The notes beneath the pieces were generated by a model that was not told the origin of the DNA, ran no database searches, and saw only the letters and a list, made by a program, of their open reading frames with translations. Below, in pieces: positions 16,869 to 24,631 of a DNA stretch of 35,405 nt. The number at the start of each line of letters is the position of its first letter. Position 1 is the stretch's first letter. The translations under genes were made by a program, and so were the position numbers. Source of the DNA: Acidimicrobiia bacterium (GTDB lineage Bacteria; Actinomycetota; Acidimicrobiia; Acidimicrobiales; JAHEJN01). Where the stretch lies: NCBI GenBank assembly GCA_963854565.1, contig CAWKZT010000002.1, positions 1 to 35,405 on the forward strand. Reading direction: 5' to 3'.

Positions 16869-17879
16869 TTAGATGATGCCGTTGGTGGTCAGGAAGTCGT
16901 TGGCCACATCGGCAGCGTCTTCGCCACCAGCGGACACTCGGCGATTGAGTTCGGCCATAGTGTCGGCGTCGAGCGGCGCAAGGATGGCCCCTACGACAGC
17001 GTCCCAAGCCTCGGGTGCCTGCTGGTAAACGGTGTCAGGCATGGTGAGTGACACGTTGTAGATGATGAACACACCGGGATCATCGACGACGTTCAAATTG
17101 AGCGCTGGGATACGGCCATCGGTCGTGAAGATCTCACCAAACTGGCAGTTGCCGTTGACGGTCTCTTCGTAAATTACGCCGGTTTCCAGGATGTCAATTT
17201 GTGACTCGGGGACTGTATAGCCGGTGGCCTCCTCGAAGAGCACAAGGCCGTCGGGACGGTTCGGGAACTCGGTCTCGAGGCACAAGGTCGCGTCGGCGTT
17301 GGCTTCAAGGTGATCGGCCATGCTTTGCAACGTGAAGGTCGCGCCGCCGTCGAGGAAGCCCGGGGCGGTTGCGAATCCGTAGGTGTCATTGAACGGTGAC
17401 ACGCCGACCCAGCGGATGTTGTTCTCCGCGAGGTCGTTTACGCATACATCGGTGGAGAGTGTTTGCGAATCGAAGCTGGGGTCTTCGTTGGCGAGGTGGA
17501 CAGTCCAGCCGGTGCCGTTGTACTCCCAGTAGGTGTCAATCTCTCCGGAGAGTAGGGCATCGCGGTTTACCACGGTTCCGCCCAGGTTGGTGTTGTTGGT
17601 TACCGTCGCACCCTTGGCTTCGAGGGTTTGCACAAGGATCTCGCCGAGCACTATCTGCTCAGTGAAGTCCTTCGACCCGACGTTGACGTCGATGCCACTG
17701 AAGTCTGCCGACGCGACGTCGCCTGACGGCGCGATCGTCTGGCAGTTGCCCGCGGCGGCGGTGTCGCCGGCGGCGGCCTCTCCGTCATCGCTGCCACATG
17801 CGGCGGCAATCAGGGCGAAAGAGAAGACGATTGCGAGAAGTCGCAACAGTTTGTAATTATTTGGTCTTTGGGTATTCAT
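16869..17879 (-). CDS. Glycine betaine/osmoprotectant ABC transporter substrate-binding lipoprotein (OpuC/OsmF type)
   Basis: The start is chosen at MNTQRPNNYKLLRLLAIVFSFALIAAACGSDD, which has a signal peptide plus lipobox (AAC) and the SD AAAGGAA. It is the last gene of a permease-ATPase-permease-SBP operon. Confidence 0.8.
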   Translation of the reverse strand: MNTQRPNNYKLLRLLAIVFSFALIAAACGSDDGEAAAGDTAAAGNCQTIAPSGDVASADFSGIDVNVGSKDFTEQIVLGEILVQTLEAKGATVTNNTNLGGTVVNRDALLSGEIDTYWEYNGTGWTVHLANEDPSFDSQTLSTDVCVNDLAENNIRWVGVSPFNDTYGFATAPGFLDGGATFTLQSMADHLEANADATLCLETEFPNRPDGLVLFEEATGYTVPESQIDILETGVIYEETVNGNCQFGEIFTTDGRIPALNLNVVDDPGVFIIYNVSLTMPDTVYQQAPEAWDAVVGAILAPLDADTMAELNRRVSAGGEDAADVANDFLTTNGII

Positions 17880-17953
17880 TGAAGGTTCCTTTGATGGTGA
17901 TGGTGTTGAAATGAAAAGTTGGCGCGCCGCGGCATAAATCGAAGATGCATGAT

Positions 17954-18748
17954 TCACAAACCTCGGGGCCGCAGGGTGCGTTCGATAATTGAGGCGATCC
18001 AGTCGACCGAGAGAGCCACGATCGCCGTGAGTCCGGCGCCGGTGAGTATCACGACCTCGCGACTGAGCTTTAATCCTGTGCTGATGGTGACACCCAACCC
18101 ACCACCACCGATGAGGAAAGCGAGAGCGGCCATACCGACGTTGATGATGAGTGCTGTACGAATTCCGGCGAGGATGATCGGTATTGCTAGCGGGATTTCA
18201 ATTTGGCGCAACACCTGTCGACGGGTTAGGCCCATACCGCGACCGGCCTCGATCACTGCTGGATTTACCTGTTCTAGGCCCACCATCGTGTTACGTAGTA
18301 CCGGCAAGATCGTAAAAAATGCGAGAGCCCAGATCGATGTCCATGGGCCGCTGCCCAACCATGCGAAACTCAGGATTATCAGGCCGAAGGCCGGTGTGGC
18401 CTGACCGGAGGTGGCGACCGCCAGAACGGGGCCGCCCCAGTGCTTGTAGCTAGGCCGCGTGAGGAAGATGCCCAGAGGTACGGCGATGACAATCACTACC
18501 AGCGTCGACCACAGGGTAAGGGAGATGTGTTGTTCAAGCTGCGGCTTAAGATTGTGCTCCCATCGCAGCGACCGTTCATCTTGAAAGATTGCTTTGTCGC
18601 TGTCGAGAAAGTTCGATACGTAGGCGTACAGCGCAATTGACAGGCCGACGATTATCGCCGGGCTAACAATGAGTTGGATGTTTTTCCGCGCGGCAGTAGT
18701 CAGGCTTGGCCGAGTCCCGGTTGCGGGGGGAGCGATGGTGTTAGCCAT
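17954..18748 (-). CDS. ABC transporter permease (OpuCB/OpuCD-like)
   Basis: 264-aa multi-TM ORF with the EAA-type loop VIEAGRGMGLTRRQVLRQIEIPLA. Its ATG overlaps the ATPase stop by 8 nt. Confidence 0.85.
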   Translation of the reverse strand: MANTIAPPATGTRPSLTTAARKNIQLIVSPAIIVGLSIALYAYVSNFLDSDKAIFQDERSLRWEHNLKPQLEQHISLTLWSTLVVIVIAVPLGIFLTRPSYKHWGGPVLAVATSGQATPAFGLIILSFAWLGSGPWTSIWALAFFTILPVLRNTMVGLEQVNPAVIEAGRGMGLTRRQVLRQIEIPLAIPIILAGIRTALIINVGMAALAFLIGGGGLGVTISTGLKLSREVVILTGAGLTAIVALSVDWIASIIERTLRPRGL

Positions 18749-19949
18749 GACTTTCCAGCGATTCGTAGTGTTTTCGTGCCTGTGACCTCATGCGTTTGAG
18801 GACATCGGCAAGCACCTCGATATCGACGATGCCAATGTAGACCCCGTCGGAATCGACTACGCAGGCGTGCCCGGCGTTAGACAACAAGAGTTCCTCTAGT
18901 GCATCATGCAAGGTGGCGTGCAGTGGGAGCTTGGCGGCAACCTCGACGCCAGCGCCGGCGAGTGATTGCAACGGTCCTTCAAGGCACTTTTCGTCTACCC
19001 AACGCGACGGGCGACCGTGCTCGTCGAGCACCAACATCCAACGTTCAATTGACGCCTCAAGAGTCGATCGGGCGGTGGCAACGTGGGTCGAATGCTCGAC
19101 GACGGGAAAGCTGCTGTAAAGATCGATGTCTCGGAGGCGTTCGAAGTTGAGACCCTTGAGCGTGCTCCCTGACCCGATGAAATCGGCGACGAAATCGTCG
19201 ATTGGAAACGCCAAGATTCTTTCCGGAGTATCGAACTGAGCAACGTGCGACTGTTCACCAAGTATGGCAATTCGGTCGCCCATTTTGATGGCTTCGTCGA
19301 TGTCATGGGTGACGAACACGATGGTTTTTTTGAGTTCACTTTGAAGTCGAAGAAACTCATTCTGTAGGCGGTCCCGGGTAATTGGATCGATGGCACCGAA
19401 AGGCTCGTCCATCAACAGCACAGCGGGGTCAGCGCCCAGCGCTCTGGCAACGCCCACTCGTTGCGCCTGCCCACCCGAGAGCTCCTTTGGGTAGCGGTCA
19501 CGGAAGTTCTTGGGTAGTCCCATAACATCGAGCAATTCCTCGACGCGTGCGTTGATCTTTTGCTTGTCCCACCCCAATAACCGGGGTACGGTGCCGATGT
19601 TTTGAGCGATGGTCTGATGCGGGAACAGGCCAATCTGCTGGATTACGTAGCCAATTCGTCGTCGCAGGAGGTCGGGGTTAACGCGGGTGACGTCTTCGCC
19701 GTCGAAGATGATTTTTCCGGCGGTGGGTTCGATCATGCGGTTGATGAGTCGCAGCGTCGTACTCTTGCCGCAACCCGAGGGCCCGACTAACACCAGGATT
19801 TCGCCTTCGGGAACGTCGAGATAAAGCCGGTCGACCGCAGGAGTGGCGGTGCCAGCATAAGTCTTGGTAACGCCTTGAAGCGAGATCAGCGCCTTCGACT
19901 CTCCGACGGTTGTGGGTGAGGCGGCGACGTCAGTAGAAGTGCTAGTCAT
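18741..19949 (-). CDS. Osmoprotectant ABC transporter ATP-binding protein with a C-terminal CBS pair (OpuCA/ProV-like)
   Basis: Walker A GPSGCGKST, signature LSGGQAQRVGVARAL and Walker B LLMDEPFGAID. The ~150-aa C-terminal extension is CBS-like. Confidence 0.9.
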   Translation of the reverse strand: MTSTSTDVAASPTTVGESKALISLQGVTKTYAGTATPAVDRLYLDVPEGEILVLVGPSGCGKSTTLRLINRMIEPTAGKIIFDGEDVTRVNPDLLRRRIGYVIQQIGLFPHQTIAQNIGTVPRLLGWDKQKINARVEELLDVMGLPKNFRDRYPKELSGGQAQRVGVARALGADPAVLLMDEPFGAIDPITRDRLQNEFLRLQSELKKTIVFVTHDIDEAIKMGDRIAILGEQSHVAQFDTPERILAFPIDDFVADFIGSGSTLKGLNFERLRDIDLYSSFPVVEHSTHVATARSTLEASIERWMLVLDEHGRPSRWVDEKCLEGPLQSLAGAGVEVAAKLPLHATLHDALEELLLSNAGHACVVDSDGVYIGIVDIEVLADVLKRMRSQARKHYESLESHG

Positions 19950-20803
19950 CGAAGTCCTTTCGGGGTTGTGAGCTTTCGGATGATGCCGATAGCCAAGTCA
20001 AAAGCGAGCGCCAGGGCGATGGTCCACACCACTCCGGTCCACATGCGTTCTACTGACCCCGGATTTGGGTAGCGGGTCAGACCGTCATTGATATAGGAGC
20101 CGAGGCCGCTGCCTCCGACTAATACGGCAATAGCGGCGATACCAACGTTGAGGAGTGTCGCGATACGAATGCCGGTTAGCACCACTGGCCAAGCAAGCGG
20201 CAACTCGACTCGCATGAGTCGCTGAAACGCGGACATGCCCATCCCTTTGGCGGACTCGACGACCGCAGTGTCGACTTCCTGGAGACCAGTCACGGTATTT
20301 CTAAGAATCGGGAGAATCGAGTAGAGGGTGAGGGCGATGATGGGACCGCGGTCACCGATACCTACGAATGGAATCGAGATGAAGATCGAGAAAAGAGCGA
20401 GGGAGGGGATGGTGAGGAGAATCGAGGAGAGACCGACAACGAAGCCTGACACCGCTCGTACTCGGTTCACTAGAATGCCGAGCCCGATAGAGATGGTGAT
20501 CGCCCAAAACATCGATGCGAGAACCAGCTGGGAGTGGTCGATTGTGTTGGCGAGAATGTTACCGATTCCCTCAGAATCGAACATGTATGACCAAAAGCTT
20601 GAGTAGGCGCTTCCGTCGAGCGTTAATGCAGGTATCTCGCGGATACCTCGGGCGAGGTCGACGAGTCCACCGACTACATCATTGTCGGCGGCGGTGTCGG
20701 CGACGAACAGATACCAACCGACCACCAGAAGAACCAGCCCTCCAGAGATGGAGCGAACCGGAACTTGTTCTAGGGTGCCGCGCACCCCAAATTGGGATGC
20801 CAT
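19946..20803 (-). CDS. ABC transporter permease (first gene of the opu-like operon)
   Basis: 285-aa multi-TM ORF with the loop VVESAKGMGMSAFQRLMRVELPLA. Its stop overlaps the ATPase ATG (ATGA). Confidence 0.85.
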   Translation of the reverse strand: MASQFGVRGTLEQVPVRSISGGLVLLVVGWYLFVADTAADNDVVGGLVDLARGIREIPALTLDGSAYSSFWSYMFDSEGIGNILANTIDHSQLVLASMFWAITISIGLGILVNRVRAVSGFVVGLSSILLTIPSLALFSIFISIPFVGIGDRGPIIALTLYSILPILRNTVTGLQEVDTAVVESAKGMGMSAFQRLMRVELPLAWPVVLTGIRIATLLNVGIAAIAVLVGGSGLGSYINDGLTRYPNPGSVERMWTGVVWTIALALAFDLAIGIIRKLTTPKGLR

Positions 20804-21316
20804 GGATTTGGTTGGATGTTCAGTTGACGAAATACTCGTCAGTCCTTCGGCGGCCCCGGTGCATCCACTGCGTGGACGCTCGACAACGGGACTAATTGAC
20901 GTTAGGTGAATACACCATAGACATGATCACGCCCGAATGCACTGTGCCGCCTTCCTGCGAGCTGGTCTCAAGGCCGTTGTTCACGCCTCAACTGAGCATG
21001 AGTATTTGGCAATGTCTAGCGACGATGCGTGGAAGGCGCTACCCGCGGAACACCGCTAACACGGTGATGCAATCCTGATCTGATTAGCGTTGTTTTAGGC
21101 GAGTTCTTCGGCGAGAGTTTTGAGATGGTGCCGGACGTGAGCCTCGAAGGTGATGGCACCGTGGATGTGTCACGTTGCACCCTGTTCCCACGCCGATACC
21201 GGCACGCCGATTTAGTGACCAGCACGGTTGCGTTTGACGACCCGGCGCGGGGGTGAGGAGGTCTTGTGCGATAGTGGGTCCTGGACAGGTTTCTGCCTGA
21301 CCGGAGAAAGGCCCTC

Positions 21317-21421
21317 ATGGCCAGCAAAGACAAGGGTGGACGGAGCAGTAAGACTCCTGCCACTAAGACTGCAAAAGAGAAGCGCCAGGCCAAGCGGGAC
21401 AAGAAGGGGCCGAACGGGTAA
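21317..21421 (+). CDS. Small, highly basic 34-aa protein
   Basis: ATG at 21317 is preceded by GGAGAAAGG. The translation is MASKDKGGRSSKTPATKTAKEKRQAKRDKKGPNG. A perfect palindromic hairpin follows it. It is below the ORF-track cutoff and competes with a less plausible 88-aa frame (21228-21494). Confidence 0.5.
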   Translation: MASKDKGGRSSKTPATKTAKEKRQAKRDKKGPNG

Positions 21422-21443
21422 ATCTCGGTCTACGTCGACTACT

Positions 21444-21473
21444 GACAACGTCGCGACGTGTCGCGACGTTGTC
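21444..21473. terminator. Perfect 30-nt palindrome between convergent genes
   Basis: GACAACGTCGCGAC-GT-GTCGCGACGTTGTC has 14-nt arms. It lies 22 nt after the small-ORF stop and 60 nt after the acyl-CoA synthetase stop on the other strand. Confidence 0.55.
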
Positions 21474-21532
21474 GTGTCGGTGGCCGTGAGTTGATGCTCA
21501 CCACAGGGGAGCACATAGCCAGTGGCAGATTT

Positions 21533-23107
21533 CTACCCGACGGACCGGTCGTGGTCGGACCAGTGCGGGTCACGTAGGGTCCGCTTGAGCACCTTTCCCG
21601 CACCAGATTTGGGCAGTGGGTCAGTAGAAAATTCGATCGTGCGAGGCAGTTTGTAGCCGGCGATGAGCGGCCGGCAATGAGCGACAAGTGAGGCGCTGTC
21701 GACTGGATTGGCTCCGGGGCGCCGCACCACGACTGCGTGAACGGTTTCGCCCCATTTTTGGCTGGGAATGCCAAACACTGTGGCTTCAAGAACGCCTGGG
21801 TGGGTGTAGATGGCATCTTCGACCTCGGTGCAGTACACGTTCTCCCCACCGGAGATGATCATGTCCCTCGAGCGGTCCAGGATAAACAGGTAGCCGGCCT
21901 CATTAATGCTGCCCACGTCGCTAGTCCAATACCAGCCATCGCGAAGAGAAGCGCTCGTTTGTTCGGGTTGGTTCCAGTAGCCGGCCATGACATTCGGGCC
22001 ACGCACGGTGACTTCACCGGGTTCATTCTTGTCCGCTGGCGTACCGTCGGGTCGGCGGATGACTACTCGACAACCGATGGCAGGCTGGCCGGCTGAACGA
22101 CCTTCAGGAAGGTCGACGAGGTCCTTTTCGTTGGCAACACCGGTCACAATCGGCGACGTTTCGGTGGCGCCATAGAGGTGAACAAACTCGGTGTCGGGGA
22201 AAGCCGTAATGCCTCGACGCACCACCTCAAGGGCAATTGGGGCCCCACCGTGCGCATAAACCTGAAACGAACTGACGTCGCGCGGGCGCACCAACTGTTC
22301 TTCGACGGTCGCCGCGACCATGGCCGGAACGCCGAGTGTGTGGGTAATGCGCTCGGCCTCAACCAGGTCGAGCATCGCACCAGGATCGAACGAGGGAAGT
22401 ACAACTTGGGTTGCGGCAATGAAGATCGACTGCAACAAACTGACCGACCCCGCCGCATGAAAGATGGGTGCCATTAGCAGGTACCGATGTTCGCTCGTCA
22501 TGGGTTGAATGGCATGAATATTGATCGCATTAGCAATCAAGTTGCGATGGGTGAGCATGACACCCTTGCTTGTTCCGGTGGTGCCTCCGGTGTAAAACAG
22601 TCCGGCAGTGTCTGATTCGGCCAGTGTCAATTCATCAAAGGGGAGCGGTGTAGCGGCCGTCACCAGGGCGTCGTATTCGCCGGTGTCAATCCGGATCACT
22701 TGTTTGACAAGTTTGCTCAGCTCGCCGGGGTCCCGGTCGGTCACCAGGATTTGCGCTCCGGAGTCTTCAATGGCGTGGGCGAATTCGGGTTCGATCCACC
22801 GGAAATTCAGCGGGACCTGAACATAGCCAGCCATAGGAATGCCACAGTACAGTTCGACCATCGCATCAGAGTTGGCGGAAATTATTGCGACGCGGTCACC
22901 TCGACGGACTCCAGTGTCATGCAGTACCGCGTGGAGTTGTTCAAGTCGTTGTTTCAGTTGGCGGTAGGTGATTCTCCGGTCTCCGCACACAAGCGCCTCG
23001 CGGTCCGGGGCGACCGTCATGGCCCGCTCGAACACGTCAATGAAAGTCTGACCGGAGCCGGACCCAAAGTTGGCCGTTGGGCTAGATGGTGGGGGTTGCT
23101 GATCCAT
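21533..23107 (-). CDS. AMP-dependent acyl-CoA synthetase/ligase (FadD-like)
   Basis: AMP-binding motif LFYTGGTTGTSKGVMLTHRNL, later YGATET, and the C-terminal LPKSGAGKVLKR. The start is chosen at MDQQPPP (ATG 23107, SD AGGAGA). The ORF continues open to 23164. Confidence 0.9.
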   Translation of the reverse strand: MDQQPPPSSPTANFGSGSGQTFIDVFERAMTVAPDREALVCGDRRITYRQLKQRLEQLHAVLHDTGVRRGDRVAIISANSDAMVELYCGIPMAGYVQVPLNFRWIEPEFAHAIEDSGAQILVTDRDPGELSKLVKQVIRIDTGEYDALVTAATPLPFDELTLAESDTAGLFYTGGTTGTSKGVMLTHRNLIANAINIHAIQPMTSEHRYLLMAPIFHAAGSVSLLQSIFIAATQVVLPSFDPGAMLDLVEAERITHTLGVPAMVAATVEEQLVRPRDVSSFQVYAHGGAPIALEVVRRGITAFPDTEFVHLYGATETSPIVTGVANEKDLVDLPEGRSAGQPAIGCRVVIRRPDGTPADKNEPGEVTVRGPNVMAGYWNQPEQTSASLRDGWYWTSDVGSINEAGYLFILDRSRDMIISGGENVYCTEVEDAIYTHPGVLEATVFGIPSQKWGETVHAVVVRRPGANPVDSASLVAHCRPLIAGYKLPRTIEFSTDPLPKSGAGKVLKRTLRDPHWSDHDRSVG

Positions 23108-23174
23108 GGATCTCCTGGTGGTTCCCTTGGAGAGTAGGCGGTCAACTCGTGTGGCGGTGTGCATTGAATAAGCG

Positions 23175-23196
23175 TGAACGGTTCAAACAATGTTTG
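23175..23196. promoter_or_regulatory. Two abutting palindromes in the divergent fadD-like/ppk2 intergenic region
   Basis: TGAACgGTTCA (23175-23185) and CAAACAaTGTTTG (23184-23196) lie in an AT-rich spacer. This is operator-like, but no regulator is identified. Confidence 0.25.
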
Positions 23197-23281
23197 CTTC
23201 GATTTTGCACGAAAGTCAGCGTTCAAAGGATCTCTGGACCTATTTCATCACTCAATTTTGGGGTATGCTTGATTGTTAATC

Positions 23282-24223
23282 ATGACGACTGAACCAAATC
23301 CACTTCATTCCGAGGACCCTTCTGTACCGGGTTCCCCCGTGTACCTAGTGGACGAAATCGATGAGCCGCTGGTCAACGTGCAGGTACCCGCGTCAATTGC
23401 CGACATTGTCCTGAACGACCCCAAGGCGGTTGCCAAAGCAATGCGGTCGCGCAAGCGAGAACACATCTTGCGGCCGTGGCAGGTCGAGCTCATAAAATTG
23501 CAAGAGCATCTCGATAATCAGCAGCGACGAATGATCGTGCTGTTCGAGGGTCGCGATGCGGCCGGCAAGGGCGGAACCATCCGTCGTGTCACTCGCTACA
23601 TGAACGAGAAGAATTACCGAGTCGTAGCGCTTGGAAAACCGCGGTCCGACAATCTCACGCAGTGGTACTTTCAGCGCTACGTGGCCCAATTTCCTCGGGG
23701 CGGTGAAATGGTGTTGTTCGATCGCAGTTGGTACAACCGTGCCATGGTTGAGCACGTGTTCGACTTCTGCACCGAGCAAGAATACGAACAGTTCATGAAG
23801 GGCGTTACCGGGTTCGAGAAGGACCTTGTCCGCAGCGGAACGATCATCGTCAAGCTGTACTTCTCGGTGAGCAAGGAAGAACAAGCTCGCCGGTTTGAGC
23901 GTCGGCGAGATGATCCGTTGCGCCAATGGAAACTTAGCGAGATCGATGTTCAAGCCCAAGAACATTGGGACGATTTAACCGAGGCCAAATATCAGATGTT
24001 GCGTCGGACTTCAACGAACGCTGCGCCGTGGACCATCATCCGTTCCGGCGACAAGCACAAAGCCCGGCTAAACGCCATGCGCGTGATTCTCAATGCAGTT
24101 GACTACGAAGGCCGTAGTGCTGATCTCGACTTTGTTCCTGACCCCAAGATCGTGGTGCATGGGGCTCAAGAACAGGTGCTGATGGAAGCCGATCGAATTC
24201 GCCACGGTCGCTTCCACGAATAA
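23282..24223 (+). CDS. ppk2: Polyphosphate kinase 2 family protein
   Basis: Blocks are FEGRDAAGKGGTI (P-loop), WYFQRY, VLFDRSWYNRA, KLYFSVSKEEQARRFERRRDDPLRQWKLSEID and APWTIIRSGDKHKARLN. ATG at 23282; a TTG alternative lies at 23273. Confidence 0.9.
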   Translation: MTTEPNPLHSEDPSVPGSPVYLVDEIDEPLVNVQVPASIADIVLNDPKAVAKAMRSRKREHILRPWQVELIKLQEHLDNQQRRMIVLFEGRDAAGKGGTIRRVTRYMNEKNYRVVALGKPRSDNLTQWYFQRYVAQFPRGGEMVLFDRSWYNRAMVEHVFDFCTEQEYEQFMKGVTGFEKDLVRSGTIIVKLYFSVSKEEQARRFERRRDDPLRQWKLSEIDVQAQEHWDDLTEAKYQMLRRTSTNAAPWTIIRSGDKHKARLNAMRVILNAVDYEGRSADLDFVPDPKIVVHGAQEQVLMEADRIRHGRFHE

Positions 24224-24247
24224 CGCCAAGCCGTTGCCGCTTCCCGC

Positions 24248-24631
24248 ATGACACACTGGCATATGGCCAAACTTTCTTGGGTTGATCAAGCTGCGTTTTG
24301 GTGCGCGGACTTGCCGCACGCTGAGTTGGACTACCCGTTCGGGCCCCAGACTGGTGTATATAAAGTCGCCGGCAAGATGTTTGCGCTGTTCAACGCCGAT
24401 GCCGATGTGCCCTACCTCAATCTCAAGGTCGATCCCCCTGATGGTGAGGCGTTGCGCCTAGCCCATCCCTATATCCGTGGCGGCTATCACATGAACAAGA
24501 AGCACTGGATAACGGTGGACTTTACCGACGAAATGGAGCTCGGTTTACTGGACGGCCTCATCGAAGATTCCTACTCACTTGTCGTCTCCAAGCTCCCGAA
24601 GAAAACCCGTCTCTTGTTGGACTTCGTTTAA
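24248..24631 (+). CDS. MmcQ/YjbR-family protein
   Basis: 127-aa ORF with YPFGPQTGVYKVAGKMFALF...NLKVDP......L......I..GYHMNKKHWITV, typical of YjbR. Its stop overlaps the next ATG (TAATG). Confidence 0.75.
   Translation: MTHWHMAKLSWVDQAAFWCADLPHAELDYPFGPQTGVYKVAGKMFALFNADADVPYLNLKVDPPDGEALRLAHPYIRGGYHMNKKHWITVDFTDEMELGLLDGLIEDSYSLVVSKLPKKTRLLLDFV

Noticed and set aside
21082-21089. CGCTAATC (minus strand), resembling the 5' conserved block of the c-di-AMP (ydaO) riboswitch upstream of the opu operon.
   Set aside because: I could not find the other conserved blocks (GGGGACCCA, GGGTGAATC, CCCGAA..CAGCT.ACCTCGTA.GCG) in the right order. It needs a covariance-model scan.
21228-21494. 88-aa ORF overlapping the small basic ORF and the palindrome.
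   Set aside because: It has an Arg/Ser/Thr-rich out-of-frame-like composition and no SD, and it runs through the terminator palindrome. The 34-aa frame with a strong SD is favoured.
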